This document shows positions 32,453 through 43,292 of a DNA stretch of 58,785 nucleotides, piece after piece. The notes beneath the pieces are model-generated. The model worked only from the letters and a program-made list of their open reading frames with translations, ran no database searches and had not been told where the DNA came from. Within the stretch, counting starts at the first letter, position 1, and each line of letters opens with the position of its first letter. The stretch is from Salisapilia sapeloensis CBS 127946 (Eukaryota > Protista > Oomycota): NCBI GenBank assembly GCA_023334545.1, contig JAADVB010000105.1:1-58785 (forward strand), in the 5' to 3' direction. The position numbers and the translations under genes were made by a program.

Positions 32453-35400
32453 ATGAGGGCGTTCTTGTTGCTGATACTCGCGACAATCGTCTCGACCGCT
32501 TCGTGCTCTGGATATGATCGTTGGCGGAAATTTGTCGTACGTATCGTTGACTTGGTACTTTGATTGACAATAATCATGTAACGCGCTTCCTGCAGCATGC
32601 AAGAGTCTACTCCGATGGTCTCGAGTTCTTTGATTTCGAAGGTATAGTTTTGTGTATGTAGAAACCCATGCAACTACTAGACCTTTGCTGTGATGAATAT
32701 AGTTGACCGCCACGTCTTCCAAGTGACATTGACGCTGCAACTTGGCAGTTTGAAGGGCATGGCACCTCCTAACATGCTTGTCAAATATGGCTCGATTCCA
32801 ACATCTGCAGACGACTACGAGTATAAACTCCAATGTACCGAGGATGAAGACTTTTACTCACTAGGTATCAATACTCTACAGGTACTTTTGCTTCTTCTGC
32901 TTTATTGATAACCTACAGTAACTTGGACATTCTGTATAGCCTGGCACGTACTTCGTCGCAGTGTATGGCGGGACTTTGTACAACTCGCTCAACTCCTTTA
33001 CTGGAAAGCCTCCGAAAACCTTTTTCTTCCTAAGTGTCTGGAATTACATTTGCAACGATCTGCACATGGATGGATCATCGTGCGAGACACTCGTACTTCC
33101 TGGGCCTGTTGTGCGCAGTCATACTTTCAACGAGCTCCAACAATACCATCCTGACAATGACGAGATATTCGGTTGCCTGGACACGAATATAACATTTAGC
33201 TTTTATACTCTAGAAGTTAGCGATCCAGCTTGGGAACTGACATTCACGGTAGCCACATCTTCATTTCTATCGGATCTTTGTCCTCTCATACTGTTCACTT
33301 GCAGGTCCGCACCGATTCTCCATATAAGATGAATCTGTTCGCAGCCCCGAATGTCGGAAATGCGCTTCAGATAATGTCATCCCCTCACTTTCAGCACGCA
33401 ACAATACCACAAGTAGATACAGCAGGTACGAGGGACCTTAACTTGACTGTCATTGCTCCGAAGATAGGGTACGATCTCTTTCAATAAGTTTACACTCTGC
33501 AATGGACTTATCATCTTGCTGATGACACAGCACGTGGACCGTTGTGATATTAGGCACTGTGAGGAAAACGTCTTCATGTGCTTTTAATAATGGAACGACA
33601 TATACGCTCGCAGGGACTGAGAATGTACGTCCGATGTGTCCATAAACTCACCTTTCTAGTCTTTCATTCACATGAACACAAACATAGGAAAACTGCCAGG
33701 CAATTCAGAACGCGCTCACGAATAAAACCTCAAGCAATTGGGCAGATAACCTGTGTAACCTGGAAATACGACGCTTGAACCAAAGAAGAGCTGGTGTAAA
33801 ACGCCTAGACGATATGGTTGATTCAACTTTCCGTCTCAAGAACCCAATTGTAGTCAAGGAACCGAGTAGTAACCTGCCAGCTATGGTATCACATTCGCAC
33901 ATCGCAATGGAATGAGATCACACTGATAATTGCGTGACTTTTATAGCTTTATGAGGCTAAAATTGACAAGCGATATGCTGCTACCTACGTAAAATTGACG
34001 ACAGCAGTTAGTGCAAACGTCCAATACTTCTCAGTATACGTCCGAGTTGGTGCAATGCCGACGTTTTCCAACTATGATTACCGATTTGACTCAAGAAGCG
34101 CAAACGACATCTCGCTCATATCAGCGAAAAAGGTAGGACTCCTTCAATCAGATGAAGCTTACTTGTTTTCTTGGGATCATATCGTGTACCCAAGGATTGG
34201 ACGCTGGTTTCTCTTGTTTGTCGCATCAAAGGAAGATCTCACCTCTGAAGGAGTAACTTCCAACGGAACAAGGTATCTTCTCATTGCGAGATGATTTCAA
34301 TCGGATGCTTACTCTATTGCTGGATACAGAAAATGGGGCATCGATTTGAGGCTGAATACTACAGCTTGTCCTCATGATAGTTGCTCTGGCCATGGTGATT
34401 GTACACTTGTGGAAACCTACGATGGAATGACATACGGGTCGTGTGAGTGCCACTATGGATTTGCCGGGCCCCAATGCGAAGCCCAAACCATTGAAGAGGC
34501 ATTCCGAGTTACGCAAATAATGCTATTGGCGCTTTCAAATGCTGCTATCATGCCCGTTACAATGACCTGCTTCCGCCGAAAGCTTTATCGTACGTTTCCA
34601 TAAATTCCTATTCACTTCAATTTTATCCATAATATCATGTATGCAGTCGAAGGCGTATTGTTTGGACTAGCAGGGCTTTTATCTGGTATATATCATGCAT
34701 GTGATACGGAAATTGTTTGCATCTTGCCATATCACTTCCTTCAGGTACGTCAGGTATTTAACGTTTTTTATATTTAAAGTAACAAAGCGAGTACGTAGCA
34801 AATGGATTTTGCTTTTTCCTTTAATATGGTTCTGCTTGTGACGGTCCACTTCTCTGGAGCTAGAAAGCAAGCAAAGGTAACCTACATCTTAATATTGTAA
34901 GCTATGCTTCATTAACGTTGCATTGGTAGGCTGGTATGCAAATCTTTCTTTTCATTGCCATGATTTTCCTTGCTTCAAATGATGCTACTTCCATGGTGAA
35001 TTGGATCGTTATTGGGGCAATCGCGGTTCTTCAACTCGTTTCCAGCCTCTTTTACTATGTATACTACCTTATCTATCAGTACTTATTCACCCTTCTCATT
35101 CGTGCTATCCATAGCTGTACTGCGGAGCTCAGCGGATGGATGTTGGAATTGCTCGGTATGTATTGTACGGATCGACGAGAAAAACGTTGGCTAAATCTTT
35201 TTTCGAGCTTAGAGCTACAACACTGTTCTTTCGTGGCAGTGATAACTTTGATCTACGCCATGGATTCATTGGATCCGCATTCTGGTTTATTGCGCTTTGC
35301 TGCTGGTTCTTTACGTCTGCTGGAATCTACTGGCTCGTACGTCCATCGAGCTTACAATATTCGTCTACGCCTACTGACCATTTCCCATGTAGACCCACAC

Positions 35401-35578
35401 TTTGTGGCACATCAATGCTATGATAGCAACCAATTTCCTCATCTTGACACGAAAGCGCGATCGTTACCGGATGTGCTCAGAAGATGGTGTCGATGTACTG
35501 GCATCAGGTGCAAAGCATTTGCCTGTGCGTGGTACACTGACGAAAGGCACTGTCGCTGATATAAATGACATCTCGTAA
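32453..35578 (+). CDS. TMEM8/PGAP6-like CREST-superfamily membrane protein (signal peptide, extended ectodomain, EGF-like domain, multi-pass TM domain); many small exons
   Basis: Signal peptide MRAFLLLILATIVSTASCSG. Traced exons include 32453..32536, 32596..32641, 32703..32881, 32940..33248, 33305..33468, 33531..33624 and final 35393..35578. EGF-like CPHDSCSGHGDC...CECHYGFAGPQC at 34367-34477. CREST motifs SGIYHACD, QMDF and THTLWH are present. Some middle exon boundaries were not fully resolved. Confidence 0.8.
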
Positions 35579-36115
35579 ATATGAACATGCAAGACCTCGA
35601 TAGTCATCATCACACAACGTTTTATTCACCTTGTCACTAGTTGAACTTCATTTACATCCAGTAGAAGTATTCCTATATTTTGTTGCTTGAAAGTGTAGTA
35701 CTCTTTCTTGGACAAGAAGCAATTACCATTGCCATAGAGATACAGAAACGAACGAAATACACTTCCTCAATTCTTTCATGGTACATCAATTTGCCTTTAG
35801 TACATTATAAAGATTAACTGTGTTGATTAATATTTGCCATGAACAAGTCAAGTAGTCTAGAAGAGTAGATATTGAATGTTTAGATTTGCTTCCTACATCT
35901 TGTAACGCCTACCACTGTGCCCGTCGTCACCGCTTCCTTTAGTTATCAATAATGCCAATGAAACCGATATTGTCTACTCGCTTCCATTTCTTCAAGTATG
36001 TTCTGCCTCAAACGAAGCAGCTACGACACACGACTGACGGTAACAATAAAGAACTACGTATGAACTCGGTTACCAACCTCATCTCATCCTCCGATCCACC
36101 TACGACTAGACTGAT

Positions 36116-38233
36116 CTATTTCTTCTTGCCTCCCTTCTTCTTCTTACTCCTGTTCTTCTTCTTGCTTTTCCCGGACGCATCTCCATTCGATGTGCCGTTC
36201 TCATGATCGCCATCTCCATTCGGCATCTCCTCACTCGACTCCTTTCCATCCGTCTTACTAGCCTCCGACTCTTCTCCACTTACCGTCAGCTCTTCCTCTT
36301 CTTTCGACTCATCTTTCGCTCCGTTCCCACTCTTCTTTTTTCCCTTCCTCTTCTTCTTCTTCTTCTTCGACCCTTCCGATGCACCATCATCCGGCCACGC
36401 AACGTCATCGACGAACCCGAGGGATTTTGCATACTCGGATCCATGGTCGATACCTTCGTCGCCACCGTCCGGTGTCTGCCACGAGTCGTCTTCATACATG
36501 CCAGGACGAGACTGCTGGGGCACAGCAAGTCCTAGACCAGCGACACAAAGCAAGTTCGTCTCGGCCCGAAGCTCCGGTTCAAAGCTCCGCCACGTCGTAT
36601 GGGACTGGAGGAAGTTTCGTAAGAATGCATCAGGAGGTTGGGCAGCAGCCTGCAGTCTGATCGCATTGCAGCACTGGAGGATGTAGCCTCTATTGCTCGT
36701 ACCTGGTTTATCGATACGATAATGTTCAATCAATAACGTCACGAGTTTCAGTTTCTTCACAAGCATCTCCAACGCTTGTCTGTTATCCGTACGCAAAGCG
36801 ATGAAAAAGAGCTGGTAGAAAGCTGCGTGATAGAGATTGTTATGCGCGTACTCGAAGAACCAGTTCACTAGTACGCGCCAGACGTCGAGCGTAAAGTGTT
36901 GATTCAAACGATTGGGATTATGCGCAACCATCTCGACGAGCGCATCAATGAGCGTTAGTCGAAAGTCCGTGAACGGCATCTTGACGACATAGCCAGAGTA
37001 TCGGACGGCACTTTCCGGCAATGGTTTGTCTTCATCCGACACATCCATCTCGATTTTCTGCTGATGCTCGTAGCTCGTAACGATGTACTCGAGCAACGTC
37101 GGCATGTGTCCATCCATGCGCTCAAAGATCTGATCACGTAGTTGTATCAACTGATTCGGCACAAGGTTGACGATCGTCGCGCCAAAGGATTGGTACGGAC
37201 TAGTCGGTGGACCTTGCACCTTTTCCAACGTACTCTTCTGCAGTAGTCGATGGATGCACTTCATCGCTGCCGTGCGCTGTCCGACCGTCCGGTCGCTACC
37301 AAAGTCACCGACAGCCATTTCGACTAGGTTATCCAACAGCTCCTGACAGTGAGCTGCCGGTTGGAGGAGCAGCTCTCCGTTCTCATCGGCTGCGAGACCG
37401 TCAAGTAGCTCCATGAAGACATCTGCAGCTGCGATACAGTGCGCTTCACTATACTTTCGGTTCGTTACGTGGTTTGACAGTACGAGCAATAGTTTCCACT
37501 CCGAAACGGATCGGAAGAAATTCCACTTGCGAGGTGGGGACGACGCGTAGAAGCGTAGCATGGCAGCGTTATGTGGTCGACAGAAGAGCGTAATGAAGAC
37601 TTCAGCCACAGGCGCATAGGCGATCCACGCAAGCATCGGTTCTAAAAACCGTTTCACAGTGTCGACGTTCCGACCGATCGTGTCGTACACGTCATCGATA
37701 TAGTAGCGCAGCAAGTGATCGATAACACGGCATCCGTGGGCCAAGTTCCCTTTGGAATTGCGTTGGAAAATAGTAAAGATGCAGCGTGTCATGAGCTGCG
37801 CTTTACGAGAGAGGTAGGGCATGAGCGACTCTGCGGCGTTGTCGTTTGACAGGAGCATGGTCGCTCGGTACGATTTTTGCAGCGAGTCCGTGACGTTTTC
37901 CATGTCTCTCGTCTCAGACGTCGGCTCCGGGTCTCCGATGGATGCGAAAGCGCCGTCGTGTGGACCTTGGAACATGTGGTCTCCATTGGCATCGGCGCCA
38001 GTGAGCTGCGTGATGAAGCTGAGCAAGTATGCAATGCCTTTATCTTCATGCAGCATTTCGATGGTGGATTGCACGACGATCGGGTCTTCATCAACGAGTA
38101 ATTCCTGTACCATGGACTTGTACTCTTCCTCGGTGGCGACGACTTCGGAGGATGACGGAGGGGTCATCGGTTCCTCCATACTCGAATTATCCGTGCGCAC
38201 GATCTCTGCTTCTGGCTGCTCCATCGATGACAT
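36116..38233 (-). CDS. SAPS-domain protein (Sit4/PP6 regulatory subunit-like) with acidic and Lys-rich C-terminal tail
   Basis: ORF with first ATG at 38233 (track start is TTG; an upstream exon is not excluded). WFFEYAHNNLYH and NRGYILQCCNAI resemble the SAPS motifs FFxYxWNNFLH and GYMGHLTxIAN. Confidence 0.75.
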   Translation of the reverse strand: MSSMEQPEAEIVRTDNSSMEEPMTPPSSSEVVATEEEYKSMVQELLVDEDPIVVQSTIEMLHEDKGIAYLLSFITQLTGADANGDHMFQGPHDGAFASIGDPEPTSETRDMENVTDSLQKSYRATMLLSNDNAAESLMPYLSRKAQLMTRCIFTIFQRNSKGNLAHGCRVIDHLLRYYIDDVYDTIGRNVDTVKRFLEPMLAWIAYAPVAEVFITLFCRPHNAAMLRFYASSPPRKWNFFRSVSEWKLLLVLSNHVTNRKYSEAHCIAAADVFMELLDGLAADENGELLLQPAAHCQELLDNLVEMAVGDFGSDRTVGQRTAAMKCIHRLLQKSTLEKVQGPPTSPYQSFGATIVNLVPNQLIQLRDQIFERMDGHMPTLLEYIVTSYEHQQKIEMDVSDEDKPLPESAVRYSGYVVKMPFTDFRLTLIDALVEMVAHNPNRLNQHFTLDVWRVLVNWFFEYAHNNLYHAAFYQLFFIALRTDNRQALEMLVKKLKLVTLLIEHYRIDKPGTSNRGYILQCCNAIRLQAAAQPPDAFLRNFLQSHTTWRSFEPELRAETNLLCVAGLGLAVPQQSRPGMYEDDSWQTPDGGDEGIDHGSEYAKSLGFVDDVAWPDDGASEGSKKKKKKRKGKKKSGNGAKDESKEEEELTVSGEESEASKTDGKESSEEMPNGDGDHENGTSNGDASGKSKKKNRSKKKKGGKKK
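36351..36368. repeat. (TTC)6 trinucleotide run encoding a poly-Lys tract in the SAPS tail
   Basis: Direct reading: ttcttcttcttcttcttc; encodes KKKKKK on the minus strand. Confidence 0.8.
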
Positions 38234-38696
38234 GTCAAGCACTGATATGAATTCGTCCAACCTATGACTTTATCTTGTCAATCAACCTTGCCATCTTTAT
38301 ACATGTACAAGTATATCATGAAAGAGATACAGGAGGGGGAGTAGAACAAGTGGAGGGAATTTTAGCACCACACAAATCGGTCCTCGAAATCATCATGAAA
38401 ACGTACCAGTCAAGTATTTAATATCGATGTCGAAAGCAATATAATAAGACGATGGATTTGTCCTACAAGTTGCGCTTGATAGAGTGTTGAATCGAGGTAA
38501 AAGCAGTCGATGCTACCGGTCTTGAATGCAGTGAAGCGTTGTTGGGCCGATCGACAGACGGTTGAGTCGGTTTCTCAGTCCAGCCAACAATACGCTGTAA
38601 TGCCATTTCATCCGACCGTCTTACAAATTTACTTTCGTATGGAGACACAATGTGACGACAGGACACGCTGGAAGGTGTCGAGATACTCGTTGGACC

Positions 38697-39743
38697 ATGG
38701 ACCAAGTAGATGAAAGGACTGGATTACATGTCCTTTCGTTCTTATCTTTACCTGATCAACAAGCTTTACAATGTGTTTGCAAAAGATGGTTCTTTACTTG
38801 TCCTTGGATGCAATGTCTAGCACAAACGCCATTGCGATATCAGCTTGAGCATAAGCGCTTTTGGCATCCATGGACCATGTTTATGAAGGATGAACTGCGA
38901 TTGTTGTTACCGATGTGGTTGGAATCACAAGCAGTTGTGCATGATATGGACACAGAAGTATTGCTGGAGAAACTAGGTGAGTCGACGAATAGTGGAACTC
39001 GGCCATCGTTCGGAAATGCCAATGCTCGCTCTGGGTATATTCGCGAGAAGATCAATCGCTGCACCAATCTACCTAATATACTGCTTACAAAGGAAATGAG
39101 TACGCTTCGATCGAGGATATTTCGGCATGGAAAGAAGACGTGGACCATGGCTATGTTCGGCGGTGGACCAGGCTTTGACGTCGTTGGCATGGCACTTTTG
39201 CGCAAGTATATGCGCGCTCAAGATGTCCATTTCCGTGGAATCGTGTATGACAACGAATCTGGTTGGAAGTCTGCAATCCAAGGCATCCAGACAGTGTTAG
39301 ATGAACAGCAGTATGAAGGCGTCGAGTGCTCTTTTCGAACTTGTGACATCACCGATGTCGCCGACCATCGTGTTAATCAGGATGTAGCCGACAGGATCGG
39401 CTCGATCCAACTATTCATCTTTGCCTTCGTTTGCGTGGAAAATTACTTTCTACTGCAGGAATCCAACTACATCTTCCTTCGATCTCTCTTTGCCTCTGCA
39501 CAAGTCGGTAGCGTCTTCATCTTCACAGACTCGACGCATCGTCTGTGGCCGATCATCGCGCAAGTGGCACAAGAGACCGGAGTCTTTAAGATTAACACTC
39601 CTCATACAAAAGTATGCAAGAACCCGCTCGTGTTGGAGAAACTGCCGCCATCAAGTCTCACGTCCAATCACTCTTATTATGAACAAGCGATGGAGAAACT
39701 CGAACGATTTCGTTTAAATCATGCAAAGAAACGATATAAGTGA
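38697..39743 (+). CDS. F-box-like N-terminus fused to class I SAM-dependent methyltransferase-like fold
   Basis: First ATG at 38697. LHVLSFLSLPDQQALQCVCKRW is F-box-like. MAMFGGGPGFD (motif I), IVYDNE, TCDIT, LFIFAFVCVEN and GSVFIFTD follow Rossmann MTase strand order. Confidence 0.65.
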   Translation: MDQVDERTGLHVLSFLSLPDQQALQCVCKRWFFTCPWMQCLAQTPLRYQLEHKRFWHPWTMFMKDELRLLLPMWLESQAVVHDMDTEVLLEKLGESTNSGTRPSFGNANARSGYIREKINRCTNLPNILLTKEMSTLRSRIFRHGKKTWTMAMFGGGPGFDVVGMALLRKYMRAQDVHFRGIVYDNESGWKSAIQGIQTVLDEQQYEGVECSFRTCDITDVADHRVNQDVADRIGSIQLFIFAFVCVENYFLLQESNYIFLRSLFASAQVGSVFIFTDSTHRLWPIIAQVAQETGVFKINTPHTKVCKNPLVLEKLPPSSLTSNHSYYEQAMEKLERFRLNHAKKRYK

Positions 39744-39790
39744 ATCGAATCAAATGAACACGATGTAGAGGCATGAGCTTGATTTTGACT

Positions 39791-42133
39791 TTAATCTGCC
39801 GAGATCGTGATACCTCCATCTTTCTGCTTCTTACCACAAAGTCCAAAGAGTTTGATGCAAGGAAGGTCGTAAAAGTACTTTTCTTCTGGATCACTCAGGA
39901 CTCGATATGCGTCTTGCAGCTTTTCATACTTTCGTGTCTCCGTTTCATTGTTATATCGCTTGACCAGACGATTATAGGCCGAATCGATTTCTTCCGACGT
40001 TGCCCAATTGACTAGACCGAGCTTGGCATACAAGTTTTTACCAAACCAGACATGATGTTCGTATATCTCTAGCTGATTGCGTAGTGCGTCTAAGATCGTG
40101 GAGCGACATTGAGCCCAGTCGGACATATGCGTGGCACAAAACTCTTCTGAAAAGTGCTCGACATAGTGTTCACATCGCTGCCCACCGTCTGGATGATTCG
40201 TACAGACCCAATCCGACTCTGGCTGTAGGTATGTGAGCGTGTGTGGAATACCGCGATAGGTTGCATGCATCGAGAATAGGATACGACGAGGTTTCTGTCG
40301 CTTACATTCCACTCGAGTTGAATTGCATACAGTCGACAGCAAAGTCGTGTTCACAGGTTCTGTCTGGAAGAGGTCATGCTTCTCAAGAAACGCGTAGACC
40401 ATGTCAACTGGCTCCTGCCCTTCCAGTATTTCCACATCCCCAATCTTTTTCTCAGCAGACTCCCACATCGGTATTTTAAGCAGCATGGGCTCTGCTCGAG
40501 TACAGTTTGGTCGACCACGAGGTTCATTGCATACCTGATACAGAAACGCTTTTCGCTCACCAAATGACAAGTTCCGCAGGAGTCCATACTCGTATATCAC
40601 ATCCGTTGGTTCACTTTCATCCAAAAAGTCTAGACGTTCCCTCTTGCCTTCTGGTAGTGTATAGACAGCTTGATAGATGAGACCTTTCGTTCGAGTACAA
40701 GTATATTCCTCTCGATCACAGAGAGATGTCACGAGATTCTCTTTTTCTTCAGAGGAAAGTCCATGGCGAGTACCAAAGCGAGCGACTGCATCTGCAGGTT
40801 CTTCGTTCACTAGGATTTCCAGTTTACCCAGAGGATCTCCATCTTGTCCTCCAACTGTGATTGTTGTTCGGATGGGAGCGTATCGAGTGCACGAAATACT
40901 GTTGCAAATGGAATCTAAAAGGCTTTCACGCTCGAATTCGGACAGTTCATGCAGTGCTGCAAAGGCATATACGGTATCCGCTGGCTCCAGACCGTCGAAA
41001 ATATCGATCTTTCCTAGATTGACTCCTGCACTATTGGCTACAGGTACAGACTTGAGAAGAGCTTGAGCTCGAGTGCATAGAATTTCTGGACGAGGGCATA
41101 ATGTCTGAAAGAGATTGTCGCGAACGGAATCCTCTACCTCGACTTCTTGTGCAAGGCGATGTATACTATCTGCTAGTTCTTCATCTTCTTGCATGCGAAG
41201 TATTCCTAGTTCCGTTCCATTCTCTAACATAATGGGGGAAACAAGGACATATGGCCGATGCCGATCACAAGTCACATACTTGTCGTTGCACACGGTTATA
41301 GTTAACTGTTGTCTCTGAGCTTTGCTTAGTCCGACCTGAAGGCCAAAACCGTAGATGACATCAGCAGGTTCATCGTCTGGACGAATTTGGAGAAGACCGA
41401 GGTGTCTTTGATTCTGATCAGTTATCGCATTTGAATAGACCATCGGCGTCTTTCGTTGACAAAGTACCTGCTTGCAAACCCGATCTTGTAATTGATGTCG
41501 AACGAATTTAGGTAGATCTTGATCGACTATAAAGCGGTAGATTTGATCGACTGGTTCTGTATCGTCAAATATCTGTAGTAGACCGAGGTCATTTCCACTT
41601 TCATCATGAAGATACTGATCGTATAATACAACTTTCTTACGAGTGCACAAGACATTCAAGTTCGTGCAGACAGAGTTGATGATTTGTTGTTTCTCTTCAT
41701 ATGGTAAGCTGTGCTGAGTAGCGAACTTGTGGACTGCATCTGCTGCTTCTTCGCCTTCAAGTATCTGTAGCTGACCTAAATGACCATGAGCAGACTGGAT
41801 TGGAGACGAGAAAACGATAGGGGCATCTCGACGACATTGTATGCTCGACTGAGCGCATATTTGCTTTAGTTTTTGTTGTCTCCACTCTCGGCTGAGCCGA
41901 TGGTCATGACGAAATCTTTCCAACGTATCTACCGGTTCATCGGCGTTTGGTTGAATCTGGAGAGTTGCGAGTTGCGAGTTCAGGCCAACAGCGATATTCT
42001 CTTTCCAGATGACTGGAGACCCATGTTGCCATGTATGCGCATGTATAGAGAAGAGACAGGATGAAAGGATCAAAAGGATAGACAACAGTCGAGTCGATGG
42101 AGTTTGTAGCATTCGTCTTCGCGATCTTTCCAT
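39791..42133 (-). CDS. Signal-peptide protein with nine ~63-aa two-cysteine repeats and a degenerate C-terminal J-domain (DnaJ-like, no HPD)
   Basis: 780-aa intronless ORF with hydrophobic leader RLLSILLILSSCLFSIHA. Repeat consensus LGxLxIxxxxEPxDxxxxF...H.L...C.....C.R. The J-like segment LYAKLGL...SEEIDSAYNRLVKRYNNE...KLQDAYRVLSDPEEKYFYD lies at about 39866-40038. Confidence 0.85.
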   Translation of the reverse strand: MERSRRRMLQTPSTRLLSILLILSSCLFSIHAHTWQHGSPVIWKENIAVGLNSQLATLQIQPNADEPVDTLERFRHDHRLSREWRQQKLKQICAQSSIQCRRDAPIVFSSPIQSAHGHLGQLQILEGEEAADAVHKFATQHSLPYEEKQQIINSVCTNLNVLCTRKKVVLYDQYLHDESGNDLGLLQIFDDTEPVDQIYRFIVDQDLPKFVRHQLQDRVCKQVLCQRKTPMVYSNAITDQNQRHLGLLQIRPDDEPADVIYGFGLQVGLSKAQRQQLTITVCNDKYVTCDRHRPYVLVSPIMLENGTELGILRMQEDEELADSIHRLAQEVEVEDSVRDNLFQTLCPRPEILCTRAQALLKSVPVANSAGVNLGKIDIFDGLEPADTVYAFAALHELSEFERESLLDSICNSISCTRYAPIRTTITVGGQDGDPLGKLEILVNEEPADAVARFGTRHGLSSEEKENLVTSLCDREEYTCTRTKGLIYQAVYTLPEGKRERLDFLDESEPTDVIYEYGLLRNLSFGERKAFLYQVCNEPRGRPNCTRAEPMLLKIPMWESAEKKIGDVEILEGQEPVDMVYAFLEKHDLFQTEPVNTTLLSTVCNSTRVECKRQKPRRILFSMHATYRGIPHTLTYLQPESDWVCTNHPDGGQRCEHYVEHFSEEFCATHMSDWAQCRSTILDALRNQLEIYEHHVWFGKNLYAKLGLVNWATSEEIDSAYNRLVKRYNNETETRKYEKLQDAYRVLSDPEEKYFYDLPCIKLFGLCGKKQKDGGITISAD

Positions 42134-42252
42134 CTTTTACAGAAGATATCCAGCTATTCCATGAACTAAATATAGCTCGAATACCTGGCAGTCTTATCAT
42201 GATACACACATACTGATAAGCGTATTCGACAAAAGTACAAGTCATACTTGGC

Positions 42253-43207
42253 ATGGGGAATCTACGAGGGTCAGAGGGAACATCGATTTTCTCTCCTCAT
42301 GTGATTATTGGTTGTGTTTTCGGTGTACTTGTCCTCCTAGCTATACTACAGATACATCGACGTCGTGGCCGGCGATCCCGTGCGTAGAATTCACTAGTTT
42401 ATATGAATTGCTTGGGTAGTGGCTAATGTGTTTTTGGTATTCGTCAATAGATCGCCATGCTCCACTTCAAGGAGAGTCCAGCACAACACTTCGTCAAATT
42501 CATCGTCGCAAGGAAGATTTAAACCGGTTTATCACCAAGTTACAGCAGCAACTTCATTTCCGACAAGAGCAGCTTCGGCAACACCATCAACTCGAGAACA
42601 TAGTGTCCAGTCGATTGGAGACTAGTCGTCAGAAAGATGAGGTACTTTTGTTGTATGTATCATTTTGGGGATGAATTCTAAATATCAATAGCAATGGGAA
42701 GAGATCATTGAGGCAGGGAAGCGAGTTCATGGAGATAAATGGGACTCGGCAGTTGGTGATGGTCCTACCTTGCAGTAAGCTTGGCCTGATTTTAGCAAAT
42801 TGATAATCAATACTGATCCACATGTTGTATCCAGTGAATTAATGGAGCTTCATAAGGATGAGTTGCTAGAGTATAAGAAGATGGCTGATGAGAGACGCCG
42901 TTTACAAAAGGAGCAAAAACGATCCACACGAATGACAAAAGCATTGTCAGAAAAGTATCGACCAACTTCTACGACTGAAGTTGGTGACAATCAAATGACA
43001 AAATCTCAAAGTCAATGGTATTCGCCGCGATCCTCTGCATCTACATCAAAAATGGGAAGGAATGGAGATATTAATCAGCTAAAGAGTATGCAATTGCCGT
43101 CGGCATGGGTGAAGCCGAATTTGCCTCTGAGTGCCACGCGACTACCTTCTCCAGTACAGCAAGGCGTGCCTCCATTAAACTTCCATGCACTGCAAACGAC
43201 ACTTTAA
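42253..43207 (+). CDS. Hypothetical single-pass membrane protein with coiled coils, 4 exons, ~257 aa
   Basis: join(42253..42379,42451..42641,42692..42774,42835..43207) is frame-consistent with GT-AG introns. TM helix VIIGCVFGVLVLLAILQI is followed by the basic stretch HRRRGRR. No family recognised. Confidence 0.55.
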
Positions 43208-43292
43208 TTTTACTCGTACAAAGTTTTGCTAGTATCTCTTGACTTGGTAACTAGTAATCTTTCATTAAAGAAATATATAAAGGTTTAGCATT

